A stretch of 64,000 bases of DNA from Bacteroidales bacterium (GCA_963675215.1 OY775914.1:3489127-3553126), one strand, 5' to 3'. Shown: positions 28,319 through 38,933, counted from the stretch's first letter. Notes: generated by a model from the letters alone, not told the origin. A program made the numbers and translations.

Positions 28319-29430
28319 GTTAGCAACAACTAAATGAAAAACATAAAAGACATATCAGTAATCACAAACAATTCATATCGGATTGCTGAAATCATTAATG
28401 GTGGGCATTATGATAACATTCTTTATTATGAATTTCATGAAAGGGTAAATCCAAAGGGAATACATAACTGCATCGAAGGACTAGAATCTTTCAAAGAGCG
28501 TTCAAACAAATATTACAAAATATTTCTTTCACATGGATTCGTAGATGAAGAACCTGCTAGAATAAATATTGCCGTAAAGATTTCTGATCAATGGTTTATT
28601 GCAAGAGATTGCGGCTCTAACTATTATTTAGGCTATGGTCCTAGAGGGATTTTGAAATTAAGAGAAGCCTGTATGAATAAAAATGTACTAGGAATAGTTT
28701 CAGAAGAAAGTCTTGATATTTGGTTGAAACAAAATTTTAATTCATCAATTTTAGAATCAATAAACAAAAAAGAAAACATTGATCTTATTCAATTTGACAA
28801 ACTAATCAAATCATTAAGATTCTTGGCTGCTGATATGCAACGAAGGCCTGAACAATTTATTGGACTAAAAGAGGAAAACATCAGAGATAGAATGCTTACT
28901 CCGATAAATATGGTTTTTGAAGGAAGAGGAAATGCGGAAGCTAAAAACTGTAAAGGGAAAACTGACATTCTTGTAAGAACATCAGATGGACTTAATGAGC
29001 ATATTTTTGAATTGAAAGTCTGGGGCGGAATAAAAGACCTAATTGATGGAATTAAACAACTAAAGAGTTATTTAAGTTGGCACAACAATTATTCAGGAAT
29101 TATAATGTTCTGTTACAACTCAAATTTTACTGAAATCCTAAAAAAAGTAGAACAATATTTATCTGAAAAGTTGGATTATGATAAACGTGAAAAATTTATC
29201 CCCAATGAATTTAGATTTAAGTTGACACACCCAACTGATGAGTATAAAACAGTTGAGACTCATTTAATTTTAATAAACTTAAAAATAAAATAGCTGTTGC
29301 TAACAAAACCTATAAAACATGGCAAATTTGTACTCGGCAGAAACGTGGTCAATTCGTTCACACTTCACTTTCCGGTGGAAAGTAAAGCGTTCCGAAATTT
29401 TGCTACGTTTTATAGCCAAACCATTACAGC
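28319..29430 (+). mobile_element. Integron-cassette-like unit (core site + ORF + attC-like palindrome)
   Basis: GTTAGCAACA (28319-28328) just before the ATG and its exact complement TGTTGCTAAC (29295-29304) just after the stop, followed by a roughly 130-bp imperfect palindrome. No integrase in the window. Confidence 0.55.
28334..29293 (+). CDS. Hypothetical protein with C-terminal PD-(D/E)XK nuclease-like domain
   Basis: EENIRD...GKTDILVR...IFELKVW...QLKSYL pattern. Confidence 0.65.
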   Translation: MKNIKDISVITNNSYRIAEIINGGHYDNILYYEFHERVNPKGIHNCIEGLESFKERSNKYYKIFLSHGFVDEEPARINIAVKISDQWFIARDCGSNYYLGYGPRGILKLREACMNKNVLGIVSEESLDIWLKQNFNSSILESINKKENIDLIQFDKLIKSLRFLAADMQRRPEQFIGLKEENIRDRMLTPINMVFEGRGNAEAKNCKGKTDILVRTSDGLNEHIFELKVWGGIKDLIDGIKQLKSYLSWHNNYSGIIMFCYNSNFTEILKKVEQYLSEKLDYDKREKFIPNEFRFKLTHPTDEYKTVETHLILINLKIK

Positions 29431-29467
29431 AAGAAAACAATACTAAATATGAACAAAGGAAAATTCC

Positions 29468-29998
29468 ATGGACACTTTAACTCTAATGATATGTTTATTT
29501 CCAATTGTTTTTATGTTTCACGACTTTGAAGAGATTATCTTTTTCAAGCCATGGATTAATAAAAATAATGCTTATTTGAGAGAACGCTTCCCAGTATTAT
29601 CAAAGAAGGTTCTGCCCCGTTTTGAATCACTCTCAACTTCGGGATTTGCACTTGCCGTGGCGGAAGAATTTGTATTATTGAGTTTGATAACCTATGGGTC
29701 GATTTATTTTGACAATTATTATTTTTGGATTGCTGCATTTATGGGTTTTTTCATTCATTTAATTATGCATGCAGTTCAATGGATTATCCTGAGAAGATAT
29801 ATCCCTGTGATTATAACAACTTTGATTTCGCTACCTTATTGTGTATATACATTTATTAAAATTTTAGAAATTAATATGTTTCAAGTATTTGAAATCGTCT
29901 TATGGACTTTTGTCGGTATATTATTAATGGGAATAAATGTTTTATTTGCACATAAATTGGGAGCAAAACTGGATACATGGATAAATAATAATGCATAA
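29468..29998 (+). CDS. HXXEE domain membrane protein
   Basis: FMFHDFEEII, AVAEEF, H...H...Y.P motifs in a hydrophobic protein. Confidence 0.88.
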   Translation: MDTLTLMICLFPIVFMFHDFEEIIFFKPWINKNNAYLRERFPVLSKKVLPRFESLSTSGFALAVAEEFVLLSLITYGSIYFDNYYFWIAAFMGFFIHLIMHAVQWIILRRYIPVIITTLISLPYCVYTFIKILEINMFQVFEIVLWTFVGILLMGINVLFAHKLGAKLDTWINNNA

Positions 29999-30419
29999 GG
30001 AATTTAAACGCACGAATTGGCTCCGCGCGGTTTTTAAAGTTTACAACTTTTAATCACGCACTCCACCTAAATCAACCATTGTTCTTCATCATGAAAAAAC
30101 CCAATTCGCAAACAGCATATTTGGTTTTACATAAAAGCCAGCCTAAAAATCTAAAAGCGCTTTCTTTTCAAATGCGCGAATCAATCTTATTATAAATAGT
30201 GGTGTATCAAAAATTTAAATTAAGAATAATTACCAAAGTTTTAGTGCCGCTAAAATGTTTGACCTAAGACGACAGCATAACTTTAAGTTTGCCATATTGT
30301 AAAAATCTCATCGATAAAACAAGGTCTTATTTAGATTCAATCACTCCAAACGTCTATTCCTTTTTTATATGACAGCATATAGGTTCACCTTTGAACTGTA
30401 AATTAAAAACATTCAAAAA

Positions 30420-31751
30420 ATGAAACTATATCTCTTTCTAGCAAGCTTACTAATTGCACAATTTTCCTTTTCGCAAGATGGTTCAAATAATCCAACACCA
30501 AAATTATGGTCTTTAGAAGATTGTATTAGCTATGCGCTGGAAAATAATATTACTGTAAAAGATGCGGCGTTAAATACAAATATTGCAGAAGTAGCTTATG
30601 ATAAAGCAAAATCATCTAAACTGCCTAACTTATATGGTAGTGCTTCTCAAAACTTTTCAAACGGAAACTCCATAGATCCCATTACAAGTAATTTTGTGCC
30701 CGACCAAATTCATAGCAGCAATGTGGGCATTAATAGCTCAATGATTTTGTTTCAGGGAAATCAAGTTAACAATCAGATTAAGCAAAGTAAATTATTATTA
30801 GCGCAAAGTATTTTTCAAGAAGAAGTAGAAAAAAACAATATTGTTTTAAAACTTCTGGAAACTTATTTACAAACGTTATATAGTAAGGAAAGTATTGTTA
30901 TAGCCGAAAATAATTTAAGAGCCTCGGAAAAAGAAGTTTTAAGAGCTAAAGCACGTTTAGACGCTGAAAGCATTCCATTAAGTGATTATACCGAAGCACA
31001 AAGTCAAGCGGCTACCAATAGATATAATGTAATAGCAGCAAAGAACAACTATCAGCAATACATTATTGCTTTAAAACAATTATTAGAGTTATCACCAATG
31101 GAAGATTTAGAAATTGAAAACATTGATGATAACAAAGCTCTAATTAATCTAACGCCCAACAAAATTGAAGTCTACAAGAAAGCTTTAAGCATTTTACCTG
31201 AAATTCAAGCTAATAATCTAAATATTGCAGCAACCCAAAAGGAATTAGAGATTGCAAAAGGTGGTTTTTTACCAAGCCTATCCTTATCTGGAAGTTTAGG
31301 TTCAGGATATACAAGTATTAATGACAATACGCTTTCATATCAGTTTAATGCAAATTTTAATCAAAGGCTGGGTTTATCATTAAACATTCCAATTTTTAGT
31401 AGAAACCAAACCAAGGCAGCCGTAAAAACAGCAACTATAAATATTGAAAGAGCTGAAATACAAAAGTATAGTACCGAAAAAGAAATCTATAAAAAAGTGG
31501 AAACAACTTTTCAAAATGCGCTATCATCTCAAGAACAAGTAATTGCAGCTAAAGCTTCAAAAAAGGCTGCCGAGCAAACGTACACATTGGCACAAAAAAA
31601 ATATGAATTGGGAGATTTAAGTACTACGGATTTAGTGATTAGTCAAAACACATTCACCAATGCGCAACAAAACTATTTACAGGCAAAATACTTAAATATT
31701 TTATATCATCAATTATTACAATTTTATCAAGGGAATGACATTAAAATTTAA
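30420..31751 (+). CDS. TolC-family outer membrane efflux protein
   Basis: Signal peptide, WSLEDCISYALENN, LPSLSL, LNIPIF, KYELG. Confidence 0.92.
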   Translation: MKLYLFLASLLIAQFSFSQDGSNNPTPKLWSLEDCISYALENNITVKDAALNTNIAEVAYDKAKSSKLPNLYGSASQNFSNGNSIDPITSNFVPDQIHSSNVGINSSMILFQGNQVNNQIKQSKLLLAQSIFQEEVEKNNIVLKLLETYLQTLYSKESIVIAENNLRASEKEVLRAKARLDAESIPLSDYTEAQSQAATNRYNVIAAKNNYQQYIIALKQLLELSPMEDLEIENIDDNKALINLTPNKIEVYKKALSILPEIQANNLNIAATQKELEIAKGGFLPSLSLSGSLGSGYTSINDNTLSYQFNANFNQRLGLSLNIPIFSRNQTKAAVKTATINIERAEIQKYSTEKEIYKKVETTFQNALSSQEQVIAAKASKKAAEQTYTLAQKKYELGDLSTTDLVISQNTFTNAQQNYLQAKYLNILYHQLLQFYQGNDIKI

Positions 31752-31762
31752 TCAACATTAAT

Positions 31763-32965
31763 ATGAAAACTAAAAAATACATTATCGTAAGCAGCATAAT
31801 ACTGGTATTACTGGCCATTGTAGCTTACAGTTTTATACAAGGCAACGATGCCATTGTTATTGAATCTAAAACAGTGATCGCTAAAAAAGCTGACGTTACC
31901 ACCATGGTTACAGCAACCGGTACTATTGAACCCATTAAGCAAGTGGAAGTCGGCACACAGGTTTCTGGGGTGGTTGAAAAAATATATGTGGACTATAACA
32001 GTGTTGTCAAAGAAGGTCAGCTCATTGCCGAATTGGATAAAACCAATCTAAAAGCAGCCTATACCCAGGCGCAGGCCTCTTACGACAATGCCGTTACCCA
32101 AAGAAATTATATGAAAACCATATACGATCGTCAACAAACATTGTATGACAATCGCGTAATCAGTAAATCAGATCTCGATGATGCCGCATTTAATTATGAA
32201 ACGGCCAAAGGTACGGTAACACAACGTTTGTCGGATCTTCAGAGAGCTGAAACCAATTTAAGTTATGCCAATATTTACGCACCTATAGATGGAGTGGTGT
32301 TGTCAAGAGACATTGATGAAGGACAAACCGTTGCGGCAAGTTTTAATACGCCAACACTCTTTACAATTGCTCAGGATTTAAAAGAAATGCAAGTAGAAGC
32401 GGATGTTGATGAAGCTGATATAGGATACGTAAAAGAAGGGCAGCGGGTAACCTTTACTGTGGATGCTTATATTGGTCAAATGTTTGAAGGTGTTGTAACT
32501 CAAGTCAGATTAGACCCAAACATTACTTCAAACGTAGTGACTTATACAGTAGTTATTACTGCAAAGAATCCAGATTTAAAATTGAAGCCAGGTTTAACAG
32601 CAACCATTGCTATTTACACATTAGAATTAAAGGATGTTTTAACTGCGGAGGCTAAAGCCGTAAACTTTAAACCAGAAGCAGAAACGATAGCAGCCTATAA
32701 TACTAATCATAATTTATCCGAAAACACAAATAGCTCATCTAACCATGAAACAACTCTTTGGGTACTTGGAAACAATAGAACTATTGCACCAAAAGCTGTA
32801 ACATTAGGCGCAAGTGATGGTGTAAACGTTCAAATATTAAGTGGTGTTACTGAAGGTGAAAAATTAGTATATAGCTTAAAAGCCATTTCAAAATCTGAAG
32901 CTGGTTCGGGTGGTTCAAACGAAAGTCCATTTATGCCACAAAGACCTGGAAGTAAAAAAAAGTAA
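31763..32965 (+). CDS. MacA-like periplasmic adaptor
   Basis: ATGTIEP, VGTQVSG, IYAPIDGVV, GQTVAAS, VDEADIG. Confidence 0.92.
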   Translation: MKTKKYIIVSSIILVLLAIVAYSFIQGNDAIVIESKTVIAKKADVTTMVTATGTIEPIKQVEVGTQVSGVVEKIYVDYNSVVKEGQLIAELDKTNLKAAYTQAQASYDNAVTQRNYMKTIYDRQQTLYDNRVISKSDLDDAAFNYETAKGTVTQRLSDLQRAETNLSYANIYAPIDGVVLSRDIDEGQTVAASFNTPTLFTIAQDLKEMQVEADVDEADIGYVKEGQRVTFTVDAYIGQMFEGVVTQVRLDPNITSNVVTYTVVITAKNPDLKLKPGLTATIAIYTLELKDVLTAEAKAVNFKPEAETIAAYNTNHNLSENTNSSSNHETTLWVLGNNRTIAPKAVTLGASDGVNVQILSGVTEGEKLVYSLKAISKSEAGSGGSNESPFMPQRPGSKKK

Positions 32966-32971
32966 ACAGCC

Positions 32972-33715
32972 ATGAGTAAAGAAATTATTAAAATAGAAGA
33001 CTTAAAGCGTGAGTTTATTATGGGGACAGAAACGGTTCATGCCCTAAGAGGTATTTCATTTACCATAAATGAAGGCGAGTTTGTAACTATTATGGGATCT
33101 AGTGGATCTGGTAAAAGCACACTCTTAAACATTTTAGGTTGTTTGGATCAACCAACTGATGGCTCATATAAAATTGATGGTTTAAAAGTAAGAGACCTTG
33201 GTAGAAATCAATTAGCAACCATAAGAAACGAAAAAATAGGATTTATTTTTCAATCTTATAATTTATTGGCTAGAACTTCAGCATTAGAAAATGTCGAGTT
33301 ACCCTTATTATACAATAGTAAAGTTTCAACAGCAGATCGCAAAGAACGCGCTATAAAAGCTTTAGAAATGGTTGGTTTGGCTGACAGAATGGACCATACG
33401 CCTTCAGAACTATCAGGAGGGCAACAACAACGTGTTGCCATTGCCAGATCCTTGGTGAACAATCCGGTTATGATACTTGCAGATGAAGCTACAGGGAATT
33501 TAGATACAAGAACCTCTTACGAAATTATGTCGTTGTTTCAAGATTTGAACAAGCAAGGCATCACGATTACTTTTGTAACGCACGAGCCTGACATTGCAGC
33601 TTTCAGCAACAGAACCATTGTATTAAGAGATGGAAACATTATTAAAGATTATAAAAACACTAAGATATATTCTGCAGCAGACGAATTAGCAAAATTACCT
33701 AAACAAGAAGACTAG
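32972..33715 (+). CDS. MacB-like ABC ATP-binding protein
   Basis: GSSGSGKST, LSGGQQQRVAIAR, LADEATGNLD. Confidence 0.95.
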   Translation: MSKEIIKIEDLKREFIMGTETVHALRGISFTINEGEFVTIMGSSGSGKSTLLNILGCLDQPTDGSYKIDGLKVRDLGRNQLATIRNEKIGFIFQSYNLLARTSALENVELPLLYNSKVSTADRKERAIKALEMVGLADRMDHTPSELSGGQQQRVAIARSLVNNPVMILADEATGNLDTRTSYEIMSLFQDLNKQGITITFVTHEPDIAAFSNRTIVLRDGNIIKDYKNTKIYSAADELAKLPKQED

Positions 33716-33717
33716 TT

Positions 33718-34938
33718 ATGAGACTATTAAATTTATTTAAAATCGCTTTTAAAGCCATAGTTCTTAATAAAACAAGAACCTTACTCACCATGTTGGGAAT
33801 TATTATTGGAGTAGCCGCTGTAATTGCGATGTTAGCAATTGGTGAAGGTTCTAAAGAAAGCATCCGTTCAACTATTTCAAGCATGGGCTCAAATATGATT
33901 ACCATTAGACCTGGAGCGGATGATAGAGGTCCGGCAAGGGGAAGTGGAGGTAATGTACAAACATTGACGCTTCAAGATTATTTAGCAATTAAAGAACTAG
34001 CAACATCATTAAGTTATATTACACCAGTGGTTAATGGAGGAGGCCAAGTTATAAATGGTTCTAACAACTGGCCATCTACTATTTACGGTGTTAATCCAGA
34101 TTATTTAAATATTAAAGTGGTCGATTTACAAAGCGGAAGCATGTTTACAGATGCCGAAGTAAAATCGGCTTCCAAAGTGGCGCTGTTAGGACAAACGGTT
34201 GTGGATAATGTATTTCCGGATGGTACCGATCCTGTTGGGCAAATGATACGTTTTAATAATATTCCGTTTAAAGTGATTGGTGTGTTAGAAGAAAAAGGTG
34301 AAAATACCTTTGGGCAAGATCAGGATGATGTAGTGATCGCACCTTATACCACCGTACAAAAACGTATTTTAGCTATCGATTATTTAAATCAGGTGATGGC
34401 GTCGGCCGTTAGTGAAGATGAGGCACCAAATGCGGTTATCGAAGTGACTGAGATTTTACGTGCACAACACAAATTAATGGATAATGAAGATGATGATTTT
34501 AGCGTACGGTCTATGGAAGAGCTTATTTCTACCTTTAGTTCTACCAGCGAGATGCTCACTATTCTTTTAGTAGCAGTAGCCAGTATTTCATTATTAATTG
34601 GAGGTATCGGCATTATGAACATTATGTATGTTTCTGTAAAAGAACGCACTAAAGAAATTGGGTTACGTATGGCAGTAGGAGGAAAAGGAGCAGATATTTT
34701 AATGCAGTTTTTAATTGAAGCGATTTTAATTAGTATTACAGGTGGGATCTTAGGTGTAATTTTAGGGCTGGGATCAACATTTTTTATTGAAAATTTCTTA
34801 AATTGGCCAACGAGTATCGCTTTATACTCCATTATAATATCTTTTGCTGTCTGTGCGATTACAGGTATCTTTTTTGGATGGTATCCGGCAAAAAAAGCAG
34901 CTGCTTTAGACCCAATAACCGCTTTACGTTATGAATAA
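33718..34938 (+). CDS. MacB-like ABC permease
   Basis: LTMLGIIIGV, GGIGIMNIM, ERTKEIGLR, DPITALRYE. Confidence 0.95.
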   Translation: MRLLNLFKIAFKAIVLNKTRTLLTMLGIIIGVAAVIAMLAIGEGSKESIRSTISSMGSNMITIRPGADDRGPARGSGGNVQTLTLQDYLAIKELATSLSYITPVVNGGGQVINGSNNWPSTIYGVNPDYLNIKVVDLQSGSMFTDAEVKSASKVALLGQTVVDNVFPDGTDPVGQMIRFNNIPFKVIGVLEEKGENTFGQDQDDVVIAPYTTVQKRILAIDYLNQVMASAVSEDEAPNAVIEVTEILRAQHKLMDNEDDDFSVRSMEELISTFSSTSEMLTILLVAVASISLLIGGIGIMNIMYVSVKERTKEIGLRMAVGGKGADILMQFLIEAILISITGGILGVILGLGSTFFIENFLNWPTSIALYSIIISFAVCAITGIFFGWYPAKKAAALDPITALRYE

Positions 34939-34944
34939 ATCATT

Positions 34945-35970
34945 ATGGATAAAAACAAAAAAATAAACGTCTTTTTACATCTACTGGTTTGGTTTGTTTT
35001 ATTCAGCATGCCATATGCATTGTGGTATGGGCAAGATCAGGAAATCAATCGCTTAATTGCACACTTTTGGATTCCCCTGGTGTTTTATGCTATTCTGTTT
35101 TATCTCAACTATTTTGTTTTTATTGAACGGTTTTTATTTATAAAAAAAACCGTTTTATTCATCATCACAAATCTGGTACTCATTGCTTTTTTTTCAATCT
35201 TTCGAGAACAATTAGAAAGTACTTTTTTTCAGAATATTTTCAGAGAAACATCAAGACCAGGTCCACCATTCAAAATGTTTATGTACATGCAAGTGCTATC
35301 TTATATGCCACCTTTGTTTATTGCAATAGCAATTAAAACAACCAAAAGATGGGCACAAACAGAAGTAGCACGTAAAGAAGCAGATCATTATAAGTTAAAA
35401 TCAGAATTACAACATTTACATTATCAGTTACAGCCACATTTCTTTTTTAATTCCTTGAATAATATTTATTCAATGGTAGATGTTTCGCCGAATGAGGCAA
35501 AAAAAGCTATACACAGCTTAAGCAAGTTAATGCGTTATATGCTTTACGAAACGGATATGGAGTTGGTTCCATTTTCAAAAGAAATCGATTTTATGAAAAA
35601 ATACATCGATTTAATGAAACTGCGGATATCAGACAAAACAGTCGTTACCTTTAATTTCCCTTCGGAAGACGCAGGTGTAAAAATAGCGCCCTTATTGTTT
35701 ATTTCGTTAATTGAAAATGCTTTTAAACATGGGGTGTCGGCCAGCAAGAAAAGCCATATCGACATGGCATTGACTTGTGATAAAAAGGCGGTCACTTTTT
35801 CTATCGAAAATGACAATTTCCCTAAAAAAACAAATGATAAAAGTGGATCGGGAATTGGATTGCAAAACCTGGAAAAACGGCTTCAATTGCTGTATCCAAA
35901 TAAATACAGCTTTAAAAACAGCATAAAGGACAATCGGTTTTTAGTAACTTTAGAAATAGAAACGAACTAA
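34945..35970 (+). CDS. LytS-family sensor histidine kinase
   Basis: TM N-terminus; QLQPHFFFNSLNNIY, ENAFKHG, SGIGLQN. Confidence 0.93.
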   Translation: MDKNKKINVFLHLLVWFVLFSMPYALWYGQDQEINRLIAHFWIPLVFYAILFYLNYFVFIERFLFIKKTVLFIITNLVLIAFFSIFREQLESTFFQNIFRETSRPGPPFKMFMYMQVLSYMPPLFIAIAIKTTKRWAQTEVARKEADHYKLKSELQHLHYQLQPHFFFNSLNNIYSMVDVSPNEAKKAIHSLSKLMRYMLYETDMELVPFSKEIDFMKKYIDLMKLRISDKTVVTFNFPSEDAGVKIAPLLFISLIENAFKHGVSASKKSHIDMALTCDKKAVTFSIENDNFPKKTNDKSGSGIGLQNLEKRLQLLYPNKYSFKNSIKDNRFLVTLEIETN

Positions 35971-36711
35971 ATGATGAGCAACGTAAAAATTACTTGCGTT
36001 ATTGTAGATGATGAACCGATGGCGCTTAATTTAGTAGAAAGCTATGTAGAAAAGACACCTTTTCTGGTACTTAAAAAGAAGTGCAGCAGCGCTATTGAAG
36101 CTATGGAGTTTTTAAAAACTGATCCTGTTGACTTGCTGTTTTTAGATATCCAGATGCCCGATTTAACAGGTATTGAATTTTCTAAAATGCTACCCAAGGA
36201 TACACGGGTTATTTTCACCACAGCTTTTGATCAATACGCCATAGAAGGGTTTAAAGTAGAAGCTTTAGATTATTTGCTAAAACCCTTCGATTATGCCGAG
36301 TTTTTAGCGGCTGCCAACAAAGCGAGTACTTGGTTTACATTGGTCAAAGGAAAACAGCAAGTCATTCTTTCGGAAGAAAAAGAATCTCTTTTTATAAAAT
36401 CTGAATACAAACAACTGCGCATTAAATTGGCTGATGTATTGTACTTTGAAGGACTAAAAGACTACATTAAAATATGGCTAAAGGATCATCCGAAGCCTAT
36501 CTTAACATTGATGAGCTTAAAATCCTTACAAGAAGAACTACCAGAAACGCAATTTATGAGAGTTCACAGGTCTTTTATTGTTTCACTAAAGAATATCGAA
36601 GAAATAGAGCGAAGTCAAATAATTATTAACAAGCAACGCATCACCGTTTCAGATCAATATAAATCCAAATTCTTAGAGTTTGTCAACCGAAACTCGCTTA
36701 ATATTAAATAA
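35971..36711 (+). CDS. LytTR-family response regulator
   Basis: VDDEP, FLDIQMP, FTTAF, YLLKP, FMRVHRSFIV. Confidence 0.95.
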   Translation: MMSNVKITCVIVDDEPMALNLVESYVEKTPFLVLKKKCSSAIEAMEFLKTDPVDLLFLDIQMPDLTGIEFSKMLPKDTRVIFTTAFDQYAIEGFKVEALDYLLKPFDYAEFLAAANKASTWFTLVKGKQQVILSEEKESLFIKSEYKQLRIKLADVLYFEGLKDYIKIWLKDHPKPILTLMSLKSLQEELPETQFMRVHRSFIVSLKNIEEIERSQIIINKQRITVSDQYKSKFLEFVNRNSLNIK

Positions 36712-37003
36712 AAGTATTTTTTAAGAAAGGAAAGTCTATACTCTTGGCATGATTTAAATAGAATATCTTCTTCATTAAGAATATGGTCAATGCCTTTTAA
36801 TATGAATTGTATTTGTTTAAGGAATCAGAGAAATGCGTCAAAATAAATTCCATTGGTAACAAAGATTCAAGGCGAATATAACTTTCTTAATAAGAAACTT
36901 CCTGTTTTTTCTAACCTATAAAGCTTGATCTTATGAACAAAACGGCAAATTAGCACATCCCAAAATATTTTTATCTTTGGGTTAACAACCAAATCTATAA
37001 ATC

Positions 37004-38734
37004 ATGCTTACCTTTTTACTGATGCTGGGCGTATTCATTGGTTATATACTTATGTACCGCCTCTATGGTAGATTTATCTCCACTAAAATTTTTAAATTAA
37101 GCAAAGAAGCCAAAGTTCCTGCCTACGAGCAAGAGGATGGTGTTGATTTTGTCCCCTCAAAAAAAGAGGTGGTATTTGGTCATCACTTTGCCTCTATTGC
37201 CGGAACAGGCCCCATTGTGGGGCCAGCCATTGCTGTTATTTGGGGTTGGGTTCCTGCAGTTATTTGGGTCTTTTTCGGTAGTATTTTTATTGGTGCCGTG
37301 CATGATTTCGGGGTACTTATTGTGTCGCTGCGTAACAGAGGAGTTTCAATTGCGAAATTCACCGAAAAATATATTAATCCAAGAACAAAAGTTTTCTTTT
37401 TCATCATTGGCTTTTTCGAACTGTGGCTTTTCATTTCCATACTTGGAATGGTGATGGCTGTTATTTTTGATTTATTTCCGGGTTCGGTTTTACCTGTATG
37501 GCTTGAAATACCAATTGCTGTTGCACTGGGAATTCAGGTTTTTAATAAAAGAAAGAATTTATTAAAATGGAGCATTGCCGCGGTGATCATTATGTATCTG
37601 ACTGTGGTTCTTGGAAATTATTTCCCTATTCAGATTACCGAATTTATGGGGATCCCTGCTACAGGAGTTTGGACCATCATTTTATTGGTTTATGCTTACA
37701 TCGCCTCCGTACTTCCGGTTAACAAATTACTTCAGCCACGTGATTTAATAAACTCACATCAACTGCTTATTGCGATGGGCTTACTCATTATTGGAGTTGT
37801 GGTTTCAACCTTTTTTAATGATTTAGAATTTGTGGCACCAACAGTAAATATGCATCCACAAGGTGCACCACCAATTTGGCCATTCTTATTTATCATTATC
37901 GCCTGTGGTGCCGTATCTGGATTTCATGCCATTGTTTCTTCAGGCACATCTTCTAAGCAGCTTAGCAATGAAAAGGATGGATTATTTGTAGGTTATGGCA
38001 GTATGCTCATGGAAGGAGGTTTAGCTATTCTGGTAATTATTGCTGTTGCAGCTGGAATCGGAATGGGATATGAAAATGCAAATGGAGAATTTCTACTTGG
38101 AACTCAGGCATGGACAAATCATTACTCATCTTGGGCAGCAGCGCAAGGACTGGGATCAAAAATTAGTGCCTTTGTCATTGGATCGGCAAACATGATTGCA
38201 AGCATTGGTGTACCCAGAGAAATTGCAATCGTGATTATGGGGGTTTTTGTGGCCTCCTTTGCCGGTACAAGTCTGGATACTTCAACCCGATTGCAACGTT
38301 ATTTTATCAGTGAGTTAATTCCGAGCAAAGGAAAAAAACAGAATATTTTCCAAAACCGTTACTTCACAACATTTTTAGTAATTGGTTCGGCTATGCTTTT
38401 GGCTTTTAATACCGGAGCTGATGGAAAAGGAGCACTAAAACTATGGCCACTATTTGGAACCATTAACCAAATTTTAGCTACGCTCGCCCTCATTGTTTTA
38501 AGTATTTATCTAAAACGAAAGGGCGGCCTAAAATGGTTGATAACAGGAATTCCGGCAGTATTTATGGGCTTAGTTACAATCTGGGCAGCCATCATTAACC
38601 AAATTGATTTTTATGAACAGGGCAGTTTACTGTTACAGGTTGTAAATTTGATAGTCACGCTATTAGCTTTAGCGGTTACGGTTGAAGGATTGTTTAGTTT
38701 CTTTAAACCAACACCTCAGGAAAAAACAGTTTAG
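37004..38734 (+). CDS. cstA: Carbon starvation protein A family transporter
   Basis: GHHFASIAGTGPIVGP, GAVHD, LLQPRD, IACGAVSGFH; TATCTTTG promoter at 36972-36979. Confidence 0.92.
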   Translation: MLTFLLMLGVFIGYILMYRLYGRFISTKIFKLSKEAKVPAYEQEDGVDFVPSKKEVVFGHHFASIAGTGPIVGPAIAVIWGWVPAVIWVFFGSIFIGAVHDFGVLIVSLRNRGVSIAKFTEKYINPRTKVFFFIIGFFELWLFISILGMVMAVIFDLFPGSVLPVWLEIPIAVALGIQVFNKRKNLLKWSIAAVIIMYLTVVLGNYFPIQITEFMGIPATGVWTIILLVYAYIASVLPVNKLLQPRDLINSHQLLIAMGLLIIGVVVSTFFNDLEFVAPTVNMHPQGAPPIWPFLFIIIACGAVSGFHAIVSSGTSSKQLSNEKDGLFVGYGSMLMEGGLAILVIIAVAAGIGMGYENANGEFLLGTQAWTNHYSSWAAAQGLGSKISAFVIGSANMIASIGVPREIAIVIMGVFVASFAGTSLDTSTRLQRYFISELIPSKGKKQNIFQNRYFTTFLVIGSAMLLAFNTGADGKGALKLWPLFGTINQILATLALIVLSIYLKRKGGLKWLITGIPAVFMGLVTIWAAIINQIDFYEQGSLLLQVVNLIVTLLALAVTVEGLFSFFKPTPQEKTV

Positions 38735-38840
38735 GTCGTCATTCTGAATTTAATTAAGAATCTCTTAGTTCAATAATCTAGATACAAAACAAGTTCAGCA
38801 TAACGGTAATTTTCAAACTTTCACAATTAAAATATTAAAA

Positions 38841-38885
38841 GCAACCTTCGATACATCCCGACCAAGGTCGGGACACTCAGGGTGC
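38841..38885 (+). repeat. Fifth copy of the TTCGATAC-stem-loop-ACTCA REP-like unit
   Basis: CCTTCGATAC-ATCCCGACC-AA-GGTCGGGAC-ACTCAGG. Confidence 0.7.
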
Positions 38886-38897
38886 TATTTTTATGGC

Positions 38898-38933
38898 AAA
38901 AAAAAAGAGTCCCGACTAAAGTCGGGACTCTTT
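38898..38933 (-). terminator. rpsA intrinsic terminator
   Basis: A run followed by GAGTCCCGACT-AA-AGTCGGGACTC. Confidence 0.85.

Noticed and set aside
29990-30090. Second attC-like site after the HXXEE gene
   Set aside because: No clean RYYYAAC/GTTRRRY pair or convincing palindrome; at most a decayed remnant.
30308-30358. 21-bp-period LytTR-like repeats upstream of the TolC gene
   Set aside because: Matches (TCATCGAT/ATTTAGAT/ACGTCTAT) are too weak to support by eye.
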